Of a stretch of DNA of 48,944 bases, positions 12,231-24,394 are shown one piece after another. This stretch comes from Octopus bimaculoides (taxonomy: Eukaryota): NCBI RefSeq assembly GCF_001194135.2, contig NC_068995.1, forward strand, positions 13,630,725 to 13,679,668, given 5' to 3'. The position numbers were made by a program, and so were the translations under genes. Every line of letters begins with the position of its first letter. Position 1 is the first letter of the stretch. The notes below the pieces were generated by a model. The model was not told the origin of the DNA. It worked only from the letters and a program-made list of their open reading frames with translations, and ran no database searches.

Positions 12231-12742
12231 NNNNNNNNNNNNNNNNNNNNNNNNNNNNNNNNNNNNNNNNNNNNNNNNNNNNNNNNNNNNNNNNNNNNNN
12301 NNNNNNNNNNNNNNNNNNNNNNNNNNNNNNNNNNNNNNNNNNNNNNNNNNNNNNNNNNNNNNNNNNNNNNNNNNNNNNNNNNNNNNNNNNNNNNNNNNNN
12401 NNNNNNNNNNNNNNNNNNNNNNNNNNNNNNNNNNNNNNNNNNNNNNNNNNNNNNNNNNNNNNNNNNNNNNNNNNNNNNNNNNNNNNNNNNNNNNNNNNNN
12501 NNNNNNNNNNNNNNNNNNNNNNNNNNNNNNNNNNNNNNNNNNNNNNNNNNNNNNNNNNNNNNNNNNNNNNNNNNNNNNNNNNNNNNNNNNNNNNNNNNNN
12601 NNNNNNNNNNNNNNNNNNNNNNNNNNNNNNNNNNNNNNNNNNNNNNNNNNNNNNNNNNNNNNNNNNNNNNNNNNNNNNNNNNNNNNNNNNNNNNNNNNNN
12701 NNNNNNNNNNNNNNNNNNNNNNNNNNNNNNNNNNNNNNNNNN
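12231..12742. other. Assembly gap (small gaps also at 7002-7011, 10937-11009 and 29802-29811)
   Basis: Run of N. Confidence 1.
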
Positions 12743-12796
12743 GAATGCAAAAGAGATAGTTGAATAATTGTAAACCTACTTTTGGGTTACCCTGTA
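12743..12796. mobile_element. Tc1/mariner-type terminus next to a gap
   Basis: Reverse complement reads TA-CAGGGTAACCCAAAAGT. The other end is not visible. Confidence 0.45.
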
Positions 12797-12801
12797 TGTG
12801 T

Positions 12802-12870
<69 letters not shown>

Positions 12871-12934
12871 TAAGTTGTCTAAAAGTCCTTAAGTCAGGTA
12901 AAAGATGCATTTGCATAGCTGTCAATAGGGTGGG

Positions 12935-13191
12935 TATATTATCTGAAGTGTACAGTATTATACATCCATCACCACCAATTTTACCAATCAGTCTTGTGCT
13001 AGGGGTACAACAGAGTGTTAGGTAACTGATATGGAGCAGTCACCATATTTTATTCCACATCAGCTACCTCTGATGAGCGTAGGGTTATATAATCAGATTG
13101 TTACGTAACACTCTGTCATACCTATAGCACAAAACTGATTGGTAAGATCAGCCATGACAGATGTATAATACTGTACACTTTGGATAATATA
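12935..13191. mobile_element. MITE with about 92-bp TIRs and TA ends
   Basis: 12935-13026 and 13100-13191 are inverted repeats with 16 mismatches in 92 by hand alignment. Confidence 0.85.
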
Positions 13192-13228
13192 TATACATAT
13201 ATATATATACATACATACGCACACACTT

Positions 13229-13368
13229 AGGGTTGGCTGTGTGGTTAAGAAATTTGCTTCCCAACCACAAGGTTTTGTGTTCATTTCTGCTGCATGAGAC
13301 TTCTATTATAACCCCTGGCTGACGAAAGCCTTGTGAATGGATTAATAGACAGAAACTGAAAGCAGCTT
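13229..13368 (+). mobile_element. SINE A/B head and core fragment
   Basis: tggctgtgtggttaagaa...gccttgtgaatggatt...aaactgaaag matches the family head. Confidence 0.75.
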
Positions 13369-13378
13369 GTGTGTGTGT

Positions 13379-13421
<43 letters not shown>

Positions 13422-13753
13422 CACACACAATTATATACACACACACATATGTATGTGTTTAGGTCTCCTTAGCTTGACATTTTGCATGACTGTTGTGAAT
13501 ATCATACATTTCCAATATGAGGGCGGTAACAAGCTGGGCATCTGGCCATAAAAATATTTGCTTCAATAAAGGTGTGTCTGTCTTATGTAAACATGGAAAA
13601 TTGGATGTTAAAATGATGATAATGATCTCACACACACACACGTTATGTACACATACATACATTCATATATATTCTGATACATTTTTAAGTATATCCTTAT
13701 GTAATAGATACAGAATACTAAGTACTCTAGAGTTAATGTAATCTCATGTATAT

Positions 13754-13905
13754 ATATAATTGCCAACCAAGTTTGGCGTCCTATACAAGACAGTGCTACT
13801 GACGTTTATAGCCGCAGGAAGACATCAGAAGAGATGTCTTCCTGGGGTTATAAATGTCAGTAGCACTGTCCTGTATAGGACACCAAACTTGGTTGGCAAT
13901 TATAT
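13754..13905. repeat. Foldback palindrome (73-bp arms, 6-nt loop), probable TA-flanked MITE
   Basis: Arms at 13754-13826 and 13833-13905 differ at 5 positions; the loop is AGAAGA. Confidence 0.9.
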
Positions 13906-13955
13906 GTTACAGTTTCATACTCCTACCGTTTATATCTCACTCAGAGATTTAATAT

Positions 13956-14012
<57 letters not shown>

Positions 14013-14261
14013 GATATACAAATTACATGAGAAAGTTCAAATATTTAATATCAATTTATCAGAAACACACCACTGTGCTTTGATTTCTGTTTTAATCGCA
14101 AAATTAATAACATAATGTTTACATAAAAGAATCCCCCTATATGTCCTTAACTCTCCACTGATGAGTTTGAAGTAACTGAAACCTAATGCTGTGTATCTGG
14201 TAAATTGATATTATTTTGGTATTAATACTATTCATACTTCCTAATGTGTTTTGCTTGCACA

Positions 14262-14314
<53 letters not shown>

Positions 14315-14316
<2 letters not shown>

Positions 14317-14720
14317 ATTCATGACTGTGTGGTTAAGAAGTTTCCCTACCATAGTTTCAGTCCCATTGCTTGGCATATTGAGCAAGTGTATTCTATAGCC
14401 CCAGGCCAACCAAAGTCTTGTGTGCAGATTTGGTAGACAATAATGCATATATATTGGTGTGTAGGTGTGTATATGTTTGTGTCTCCTGGTTTTGGTATTG
14501 TGTGATGATTGTAAATGAGTGTCAGTATCGTACAAGCAATGTCATTAATTTCTGAAATATTTGTGTAAACATGCAGTAGCCATGGGGAAATATTACCTTG
14601 CTTGGAAACAGCTGAGAGTTGGTGGCAGGAATGACATCTGACTATAGAAAATCTGCTTTAAAAGAACTCCGTCGAACCTTTGCAAATATGGAAAAGTGGA
14701 TATTAAATCAATGATTGTGG
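14315..14720 (+). mobile_element. SINE family B, decayed
   Basis: Head and core followed by the ctatagaaaatctgc...gcaaatatggaaaagtggatattaaat tail. Confidence 0.7.
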
Positions 14721-16049
14721 TACAGATAGTGGATGTTTGTTGGTTGCTAGGAGGAAGCTGAACAAATGTATCCAATTAAATTTAAAATATAACTTGTGTT
14801 TATTTTATCATGCCTGAAAGAATATAATACAAATTCAGTTTTTGAATTGAAAACAGAATTGGATGAAAATGAAAACTGTAAAACATTTAAAAGGGACAGT
14901 GGGAAGGAATCAATTATTTCATTAATTGTTAAAAGGAAAATCCCACCTTTTGTTTTTAAAGAGCTTACATTTTATTATAAAATCCTTTTTTGTTTTAATT
15001 ACACAAATATGACATGCATTTTATCTCTACTATGTTGGGTATCTCTACTTTATTGGGTTTATTAAAAATTTGAGCAGTTCAGGAAAAAATTAGGTTTGCC
15101 AGTGCAAGAAGGAAAAAAAAAACAAGCAAAAACTTATTTTCTTCTAATTAAGATTGCAGGTGCAAAAAAAAAAAAAAAAATTCATGCTATAGCACTAATA
15201 TATTGGAATTTAATGTGAATTCTGCCACTTCTAATAACACAGTAATTCTGAGTTGCTGTTGTAGGCTGGATCCAGTAATTAAGTAGAATAGAGCAAAAGA
15301 ATTGTTTTCTAAACATAAATTTTTACCTTTAGTATTTTCCTTTCTTAAATTTTTATTTTGGTTCCATTATTCTTTTGAAATATACTGCCTATGAGTTTTA
15401 ATTAATTTTCAAAGGAACTATTTTCTTTAAGAGGAAGTGGTATTTAGTCAAATAACTAACTTCTTTTTCATAATTCAATTAGTATTTGGAACAGAACTGA
15501 ACAAATGGTTTGTGCATAAAATTATAACAGTTTTAATTTATGAGCACCAGAGGCAATCTCAGGTGGGCTTGTTTCAAAAAATATTACCGTAAAAGCTATT
15601 GTACACTGGGGTATGACTTTTAGGAATGACTCTTAAGTTGCTGGTTCCATCTGCCCTACTTAAGGTTTATGTTTGACTCCATTAGCTGAATGTTACTCTG
15701 CTTTGGCTGTAACTATTTGAAGATGGTTTATCTGGTGTGCTAGAAATTATTACATTCTGATACCTTTTTAAATCTTTATTAGGTTGATTCATTGAAGAGA
15801 GATAGCATAACCTTACTATACTAAAGAGGAAAACCATTCTCATCTAACCTGCTTTCAGCTCTTCTAGTAGAGAGTAGGAAAAATATATTCGTTTTGCATA
15901 TATCTCCTTTGATTGTTGTTCTTTAACTCTAAGTCAGCTTCAATCCAGTAGACCTGTGCCACATAGATTGCTGTTATTTAGCCCAGACTTAACTCTGACT
16001 GAGTAGACCAATGATTAAAGATTTTGCAACTGTTGCTTCCCTGTCTGCT

Positions 16050-16137
16050 TTTCAAGCATGATGTACCGAAGACAGCAAATGGTTGCTATTTCAAGCATGA
16101 TGCACTGAGGACAACAAATGGTTGCTATTTCAAGCAT
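16050..16137. repeat. 39-bp tandem repeat, about 2.3 copies
   Basis: TTTCAAGCATGATG...AAATGGTTGCTA starts at 16050, 16089 and 16128. Confidence 0.8.
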
Positions 16138-16584
16138 ATTGAGTGACTTTATAAAGGCTTCCACATTCACTTGTTTCTGGGTCTGTATTGTTTATTGCAT
16201 GAGTTCCACTTTATTGTATTTCTGCTAAACAAGTTTTTTGTTGCCCTATTTCGGACTGTTATAGTCTGTTGGATACTTTCCTTTCCCCAGACATACATTT
16301 CTGTACCTAATAAACTTGCACATACATTTCTCTACTTACCACTGGAATGTTTGTAGTTGGCCAAGTCCAGTCCAAGAGGTGAAAATTTTATAAACAAAAA
16401 TTTCAATGTTAAGAAATCTTATTTTTTAATGGTGACTGAATGTTGACGGATGTCCATAGATAGCAAGTAGCAGACAGTTCAATTAAATCAATGTTCTATC
16501 ATGGGTTGTTACTAAATATTTACAAAGCATAAAGCATATCTAAAATGCCAATATAAGACCCTTGTCCAAGAAGTGATGCACATG

Positions 16585-16830
16585 CCATCATCATCTGGTG
16601 TCTGCTTTTCCATGCTGGCTTCAGTTGAATTTGTTGTTACAGACTCAATCAGTCCTTATTTGGAATTATAGCCGTCCTATATGGATTAGGGGCATGGCTA
16701 ACTCATACACTCTGTTTTTGATGTTTTCTGTAGTAGGATGCATTTCTTATCAACAATCACATTACAAAATGCACCGGGTGCATTTAATCATGGTGTCAAT
16801 ACAAAAGGTTGTTGTCTTGTCACTACCAAG
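16585..16830 (-). mobile_element. RTE-tail-derived fragment
   Basis: catcatcatc...ttttccatgctggc and ggatgcatttctt resemble 9460-9620. Confidence 0.4.
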
Positions 16831-18045
16831 ACTGAAGAGTCTCTTTGTTTGCCAGCTGCTTTACAGTGTGTGTATATTATACTTTGGAAAAGCAGATTCA
16901 TAAAATTTTGGAGACACTAACTTTTTGTATGTGCATGAATAGACACATGCACATAGACTCACATATATTAACCTATGTTCTGTGAGGGAAATTTGGTAGC
17001 TAGAAACTGTAAGTCTTTGATTAGACTATACCTGCCATTGAAAGGGCCAGCCTTGTCTCACACTTGTGTCATGCTGATTCTATCAAAGGATTACATGAAG
17101 GTAATATTTGTCTGGAATGTTCATCTACTTACACTATTGAACAATTAGAACACTAACTGTTGAAACTAACAGAAAGTCACTTATATTTGATGGAATAGAA
17201 GACACTTTTCTAAAAAATATGTCTAAAAAAATTTACCCTGGATTCTATATGTAATGTTGGATCTACATTATAAGCTTTAATGCACTGAAAGCTTTTCCCC
17301 CTAAATATGCACTGCTGACATTGGGTTGCATCTATTATGGTCATGCATCTTTTATGCCATCAAATACGATACTAGTCTTTTATTTTTTATATATGAGGGG
17401 TGTGCATATATATATGTACCATATATCTCCAAATATATGTGTATGTGTAGAGAGAGAAAAATAGAGAGAAAGAGATGTGTATGAGTGTGAGCATGTCTAA
17501 TCTGAATAAATTAGGATTTTTTAACTCTGGTGGATAGAAAAATGCATAATGTGTGCTGTGACAGTTCAACTCTATGTGAAGGTTAGTTGGAAAGTGAAGT
17601 TGGTTCTTCTGAGTAGAAACACTAATAATCACTCATTGGTTGATGAAGTTAATGACTGACTTGTTTTGTAAAACAGGGTGCAACCTATCATGATGTAATC
17701 CTGTTTGCAAAGATATATCTGGTCATGCAAGAGGTGGAACACCGATCATGAAGGTCATTTTAATATCAGATAATTGCTATAAATTTGTTGTCAGTGTTTA
17801 CTGACTTGGTCAGCCTGCTTAGATTGTCAATCCCAAACTTTATATTGATTTACAAGCTGGAAACTGTTTTCTGGCTGTGTCTTTGAACTGACATTTAGTT
17901 TGATGTTTTCAATATATTCGCGTGTATAGTGTAGCTGGGACCCATGGTAATATATGTAAACATATTACTGTATCATTGATTATTTTGAAATTCACTGAAT
18001 GCAGAAGGATGGTTTTATTTGATATATGTATTAGACAACTAACTG

Positions 18046-18099
<54 letters not shown>

Positions 18100-18239
18100 T
18101 ACTTACCACCTACAACAGAAAATTTTTTCTGTACTTGTTATTTTTTAAACTAGTGATGGGATCCCTGATAAATACTATGGCTAGCACACTCTCTTATCAG
18201 CACTGCTTTTATATAGCAGCAAATAACACATCTTGGTTC

Positions 18240-19080
18240 TACACACCCTGTAGAATTTAGGGATGTGCTCAATGAAAGTGAGAGCCAGAGCAGTGATGAT
18301 AGGGAAATCTGAAACATCCCATTTCTGATATAAATTGTATCTGATTTTAGAACTCCTTCCCTCAGATTAGATATTTTTGTTCTCAATCTCATACTAACTT
18401 TCATAAACCTTGTAACCATTGGTGATAATTTAGAAATTTCTAGTGATTCATAATTCATGAATACAAGACACTGTGGTAGGCTTTTTGTAATCTATCCGGA
18501 CAATATGTAGATCATAATTCTGTCCATACTATTCTAATATTGCTTTATTTATTAATTGCTGATATTTGCTAGCATTTAAGCTCTGTATGCAGTCTTTCTG
18601 TTTTTCATGCATTCGATCACACCACCACCTTCCTTTGACTGAAATGGGCAAGCAGTTTTCCACTAACTGGTGCTTATGGAAAATGTGATTGCTTGAAGAA
18701 GACCAAAAAGGACTAAACTGACTTTTTCTTTTATGGTTAACTGTTCATTAACTTGGATAGAAAAAAAGAGTAGAGAGGGAGATGTTGCCTTCCAGTGAAT
18801 TTGATAAAAGGTGGATAAGAACATTGAATGTGAGTAAATCTACTCTCAGAATGTGCCTGTAGGCCAGAGAACATAGCCCTTGGTGGTCAGAGTAATCCTG
18901 GATCTATGGAATTTCTTTATTGACTTAGGTGGCTAAACTCTCAGCTTGAAGCATCCCATTTCATTCCTTTTATATCCTGTTGTTTTTCATATCTTTTTCA
19001 TCATTGATTCTGTGTAAAGCCCTACTGGTTTTAAAATTTGTCCTTGTAATGTCCCTTCATGCCCTTTTGGCAAATGAAGA
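18240..19080 (-). mobile_element. Dong/R4-clade LINE RT fragment (copy 2)
   Basis: Minus strand reads IVRIDYKK..YESLE..IRNGMFQ..LSLSLSTSLNSTG, with QKG..KD near 19040-19080. Confidence 0.65.
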
Positions 19081-19081
19081 A

Positions 19082-21585
19082 ATCATTATCATTATAGTAG
19101 TCTCAGTTTTAGTGTTCTTATTGCACAATTGATTGCAGCTCTGTTTCTTGTGTACATGCAGCATTTTCTATTTAATACTCTATTTGTGTGCAGTATCATG
19201 TGCATGTTTTAAAATTATTTTCAAGGTATCTCTTTGTATAGGGATTGTTTCTGTTTTCAATGCCCACATTCTGGTTATATCTATATCATTATAGTTGGAT
19301 AATTATTGTCCTCTAGGACAATAATGTACTTCTAAATGTCAGGAGACATTTCCTTTCGTTGTTGTTCTTGAAAACAATATTCAATTGATTAATCTCGATC
19401 TTGTTTGTATGTATTGGCATTTCTCAGAATATAGTTGTTTTGTCATTCTTTGAAACTTTTCTGATGTATGTTTATAAAATTTCCTTTCTGTTGGTACTTC
19501 ATAATGCTGGCATAATTTTCAGTGCATGCAAGCCATAACTCTATAGTTTTTTGTTGTTGATATTCTGCTTCAACATATACTCTAGGTAGTTTCTAGTGGG
19601 AAGGTTTTCATCCTATATATTAATCAAAATCCTTTGGTTTCATACTTCTTAGCCAGTATGTAGTTTTTTGTTAACTATTCCCCTCAGGGGATTTTTTTTC
19701 TAAGATGTAGGAGTTTTTCTAGCCATTGTTTTAAGGGGATATTTTGGAGATCCCCCTCTTCTTTTCATTTTAGCTTAGTCTACAGTTCATAATTTTTGTT
19801 GGTTTCCTTGGAAAGAGAAAATAGTTCTAGTTTGTTCTTGTTTTGAAATTTGTGTTAGTTTTTCCATCTTTTACTAGTTATTTTTGAAGTGCTATAGTGG
19901 ATATTTTATAAAAGTATTTTATTGTAGGTAGCTCTTAGTACTTTGTATTTATAAATGGACTTTGTCAAATTTTGGGTGGTGTATTTTAAATACAATAATT
20001 TTTTGTTTTGTTTTTTTTTCCTGTCTATCTTGTTTTGGGACATCTTCAGTTTTGGGACATTTACGCTGCATTATTATTCACATTTTTGCATGTGTTTAAT
20101 CTGTTATTTCTCTCTCTCTTTCTATTTAACAAGACATTAGCATTCTCAATTTTCCTCTCTTCAAAGCAGCCTTATCACATGTTTTTGTTAAATCTCACCT
20201 CAGTTCCACTTGTACATCTTTGTACTATCTATAGCAGTGTCTCTAGTTGTTTACTATTTATACTATCCATATACTAAAGATAACTGATTGTCCTCCAGTA
20301 ACAGTTATATCCAATATTCATTAATGGTATTAATTCCAGGCAGAAAAGGGGATAGGGTGAGAGAGACTTTTTGGAATAATTTCTTTTGAGAGATTGAGCT
20401 AGTTTTTTAATTCCCTCTTTTTGTCTGTATCTCGGGAATTTACTCATGCTATTTACTCATGATGTGTTTAATATAACTTTGTATTGATATTACTTTATTA
20501 GTGTTTCTGGGATCTGCATGTGGGTAACACTATCAAAGCCTTCTGTTCTTGTAATCAGTCCCTACCCTGTTCAGAACCTTAGTCTTTAGTTATGATTTTG
20601 TTCATCAGTGGTTGATTCTTACATATGAAGCCTTTGGAGTACCCTTGCTGTTATTCTGAAAGAAATAAGTTGCTTTTGTATTTCTTTACTTTGCAGTTAA
20701 GGCTTTGAAATTTGTAGGAAGGCAGTTAATGGGTTTAGCTTTTAGTGTATGCTGTTTCTTTCTTCTTGGAGTTTAAGACAGTGAAACAATCAGATGATTT
20801 TGGTTCTTTTATAGCATGCTATTACATATTTTTTTTATATGTCCTTGTTAAATATTTTAACCAGAAATTTTGGGATTTTATTATTTCTTGGTGTGGTGTA
20901 GCACTTTTGGTGCAGATGGTAACTGACCCTTTGTTTTTAGGTGTTGAGCTGGCACAACCGTTAGGGAGTCAGACAAAATGCTTGGCAACATTTCTATTAG
21001 CTATTTATGTTCTGAGTTCAAATACCAAGCAGTGGGATCAATGTAACCTTCTAACCCCTGACCCTAAAATTGGTGGCTGTGTGCCAAAATTTGAAACCAG
21101 TATATCTTGGTACCTTCCTGTTGTTTGTATTTTGCATTGTTTAGTTTAATGACTAGAATGATGAGGCCTCCCTACAATTATTCAAATGTTTAGTTTGTTG
21201 TTTTAAGGATCTCACCCATAGTGATTCCTTTGCTGCCTTTACTTCCCCCTAGAATTATTATACTTCTCTTGTTGGTGCTGTATTGATTTCTGTTTTATGT
21301 TTTCTTCGTCCCTGGGTTGGAGTCTAGCTGTTTGTGTTATTCAAAGAGAACGCAAACAGTTATTGCCTTTTTTATAACGGCAGATTGTTTGTAATTTAAT
21401 GAGGATCTATTGTTTCGAGCGTTCTTTGATTTTTAAGTATTTTTTGTTATGGTATATTTCTGTAGTATTTGTCTTTCATTTTTGTGTCTTTTCGTTATTG
21501 ATTTCATTTAGTATTGAGCGATGTTTTATTTGTCTGTATACTTGTTTACCATGTTGCTTGGGTTTCAGTATTACTAAATCTTTTC
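19082..21585 (-). mobile_element. Decayed Dong/R4-clade LINE (RT plus C-terminal REL endonuclease region), copy 1
   Basis: KPINCLPTNFKALTA, KAFDSVTH, WLRS, ENLPTRNY, CQHYEVPTERKFYKHTSEKV and ITRMWALKTETIP in order, then a degenerate 3' UTR and TAA tail. Confidence 0.8.
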
Positions 21586-21589
21586 TTAA

Positions 21590-21968
21590 CTTGTTTCATT
21601 TATTGAACTGAGGTCATGCTATGGCACCATCTTGAGGGGTTTAGTCAAATTAATCAACCCTCGTACTTATTTTTAAGTCTTGTACTTATTCTATCGTTGC
21701 GTTTTGCCGAACTGCTAAGTTACGATGATGTAAACCGACTAACGTATTATCAAGCGGTGTGTGAGTGTATGAAACAAATGAAGACACACACATTTTTGTA
21801 TTATGGAATTCTACACAATTTCCATCTACCGAATTCGCTCACAAAGCATTAGTCGGCCGGTCGGGGCTATAGTAGAAGACACTTGTCAAAGTGCCTCGAT
21901 GTGGGACTGAACCCGAAACCACGTGTTTGTAAAGTGAGTTTCTTAATCACACAACCACGCCTGTGTCT
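21590..21968 (-). mobile_element. SINE family A, CpG-retaining copy
   Basis: Tail, core and head align with 10079..10481 in reverse. Confidence 0.8.
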
Positions 21969-22507
21969 GGGTAGATCTGAGGAAACACCCATTTTCCTTT
22001 GTACCTACTATCACTTTGCATATATTATTTCATTTATCTGGTGCTAACGAGGTTTGTATCTATTTTCAATATGTCTGCGATGGCCAGGTTTTCATTTTTA
22101 TTGTTAGTATTTCATCGTTAAGTTTATTTTTAGTATAGATTTCGTTGGTCCATAGGAAGATCTATCGATTTTAATTCTTTAACTATTTCCATCTATATAG
22201 GTTATTATCATATTCATAATTCTCATCTTTAGAAATTTCTATTCTTAAATCTTTCTCATATTTCCTTTCATTCGCATCTTTGTTCTTGTCCGGTTTGTGT
22301 TGGTCAGTATCCCGTACGTGTTCAAACGTTTGATTTTGTTGTTTTGGTATCTTAATTTTGTGTATTATATTCTTGCTTTACGTATTCAAGTATTCTATTT
22401 CTATCTCTGGTATCGTCCTCTTAAATTAGCTTGTCTTTCAAGTTACGAAGTTTCTTCTAAATCAGGGTTATTTTTTTCCTCAAATTTTATCCGAATGTAT
22501 ACTCGCT

Positions 22508-22689
22508 ATTATTATTATTATTATTATTATTATTGTTCAGTAGTTTTATTTTTATAACGTGCTTTCATTTCACTACCGAGCGCAGCTCTGTGTGCCTTGG
22601 GTATGTGCTGTGATGCTCTTATGGTTACTGTATTGAAAGTGTTTTGCGTAGGATGTGTGCAGTGCCCAGGAGTGCAATTATTATTATTA
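22508..22689 (-). mobile_element. 5'-truncated Dong/R4 LINE 3' end inserted in a (TAA)n tract
   Basis: Reads ALLGTAHILRKTLSIQ* plus 3' UTR, with (ATT)9 at 22508-22534 and (ATT)4 at 22677-22689 on either side. Confidence 0.85.
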
Positions 22690-22887
22690 AGGGTATATGC
22701 TCCTCCTTTATTGGAATATAGCATGTATGTGTGTATATGAAACATATATAATACAAAACCACATTAAAAATATCAATCCAAAACCAGGAGAAATAATGGA
22801 AAAAGAAAGAAAAATAGATAAAAAAAGGAAAAAAAAACCCATTCAACACCAAGTGCTTCAATTGGTCGCACACTCGTATTGTTCTTT

Positions 22888-24315
22888 TGTGGGGTAGAAT
22901 GATAACTACATAATATAAATATAGTATAGAAACATATTCGTCTCGTATCCATTTACGCTTTTTCTGTTTCATTGGGGGAAACTAGAGGAGTGGAGGGCAC
23001 TGCCTAAGGACTGATAACAGACGAACTATGATATCGCCTGGATTCGGAATATCAAGGTGGTGGCCAGGTTGCAAGGAACTTAGGATGTGACAGGTCTCTC
23101 TGTATTTGGAGGGAAACACGTTGGCACTGTACCTGAAAATAGACGAAGTAGACCAACTAGACGCGGAGAAGATCGAACAGCGCTTAAAGGAAGCGGTCAT
23201 AAAAGGTTCGTACACTGCATTTGCCTAACTATGAAAGGCGAGATGGATGGGAGAGCACGTGGATGTGTATGCGGCAGGAATTCAAAAGTTGACCACACAA
23301 TCTGGAAAGGGCTGTGCGCCTGACGTTCGTGAATGGTTTTCCCGACGAGTCATTGGTGCGGCTGCAATAGTTGCCGGGTAGCGAGATGATGTCCATGAGC
23401 GGACTCCGCGCTCAATCTCCTGTGTGGACGCGAGACGTCTGGTAGAATGCAGTGGCAATGGCAGCTGTGGCAATCGACGAATACCGAGGAGAGAAGAGCC
23501 TCTGTGGAGCAATCGTGACCGTTTAAAGGCCAATGTTTTAGGTGTCAGAGCCCGCTCATGGCAAGGGACTGTAGGGAACCGAAGCTCGAACCAATTTGCT
23601 ACCGATGCGAACGAGCAGGACATATCGTCAGCACCTGCAGCCAGGGAAATGATCAAAGGGAAGCTATTGCTCTCGCTAGCTACCCCTGCAAGCAAGTAGA
23701 GGCGCTCGTACACTCGCTGTCTATATTGGAGGTTCTAGATAGGGAAAAGGTGTTAATAACTCTCGTGGTCACGGGCTGTTCAACGACCTTAGTGACCCAA
23801 AGGTGGCTAAAGAGTGGAATGGGATGTATAGTGTAAGGGCAGTTGATAGCAATCCGATTAGATCTAGCGGTAGCAGTAAAATGTAGATGGTGGTGTGTGG
23901 AGCAAGAATAAAGCTGCGAGCAATTGTGATTGACTCTGTGTATGGACTCTGTGTATGGAGATGTGGTAATGAGTATGGTTATGATCGACCGCTTAGGAAG
24001 TCTCTGTTAGTGAAGACGGGGTTACATTTGGTGGTGCGGGAGAACCATGCGCCGTGAGTCTGCAACAGGTGAGTTGGGATAGCCCTGGAGAGAAATGTGC
24101 TGCATACACCATCGTAGATAAGGATTTTCAGACTGTGTTTGACGGTCAGCGGCGAACGGTTGAATGGCGCTGGAAAGGAGAGCCGCAATGTTGAGGAAAA
24201 CGGGGGTTTTTGGCAAAAAAAAAAAAAAAAAAATTGGGGAGAAAGTCCTTCCTGGTTACCTAAAGAACGAGTCATTTCCGGCGGTTTTGATGATCATATT
24301 CGTTCAAAACATCAA
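22888..24315 (+). mobile_element. Ty3/Gypsy remnant: putative short 5' LTR, gag, protease and start of pol
   Basis: TG...CA at 22888-22971 followed by TTGG. Then LYLEGNTLALYL..AEKIEQRLKEA, RWMGEHVDVYA, the knuckle CYRCERAGHIVSTC, a degenerate protease LVVTGCSTTLV and DFQTVFDG..VEWRWK. Confidence 0.8.
22900..22959 (+). repeat. 60-bp exact direct repeat, copy 1
   Basis: TGATAACTACATAATATAAATATAGTATAGAAACATATTCGTCTCGTATCCATTTACGCT is identical to 28823-28882. Confidence 0.95.
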
Positions 24316-24394
24316 AAACTGTAGGACCCCCATCACACACTACATTTCACCTTCAATGTAAGATGAGTGTGATAGTAAAACTTCACCTCATTTC

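Noticed and set aside
12102-12863. Long ORFs here and at 36047-37260 and 38827-39291
   Set aside because: They are artefacts of N runs and microsatellites.
13148-14535. HTHT/CVCV-rich ORFs, also at 17909-18260, 42203-42801 and 44206-44553
   Set aside because: These are translations of (CA)n, (TG)n and (AT)n repeats.
16291-16435. Exon candidates on either strand (plus acceptor at 16290, minus donor at 16339)
   Set aside because: There is no convincing partner splice site with an open, recognisable frame. The 96-bp minus candidate has stops in all three frames.
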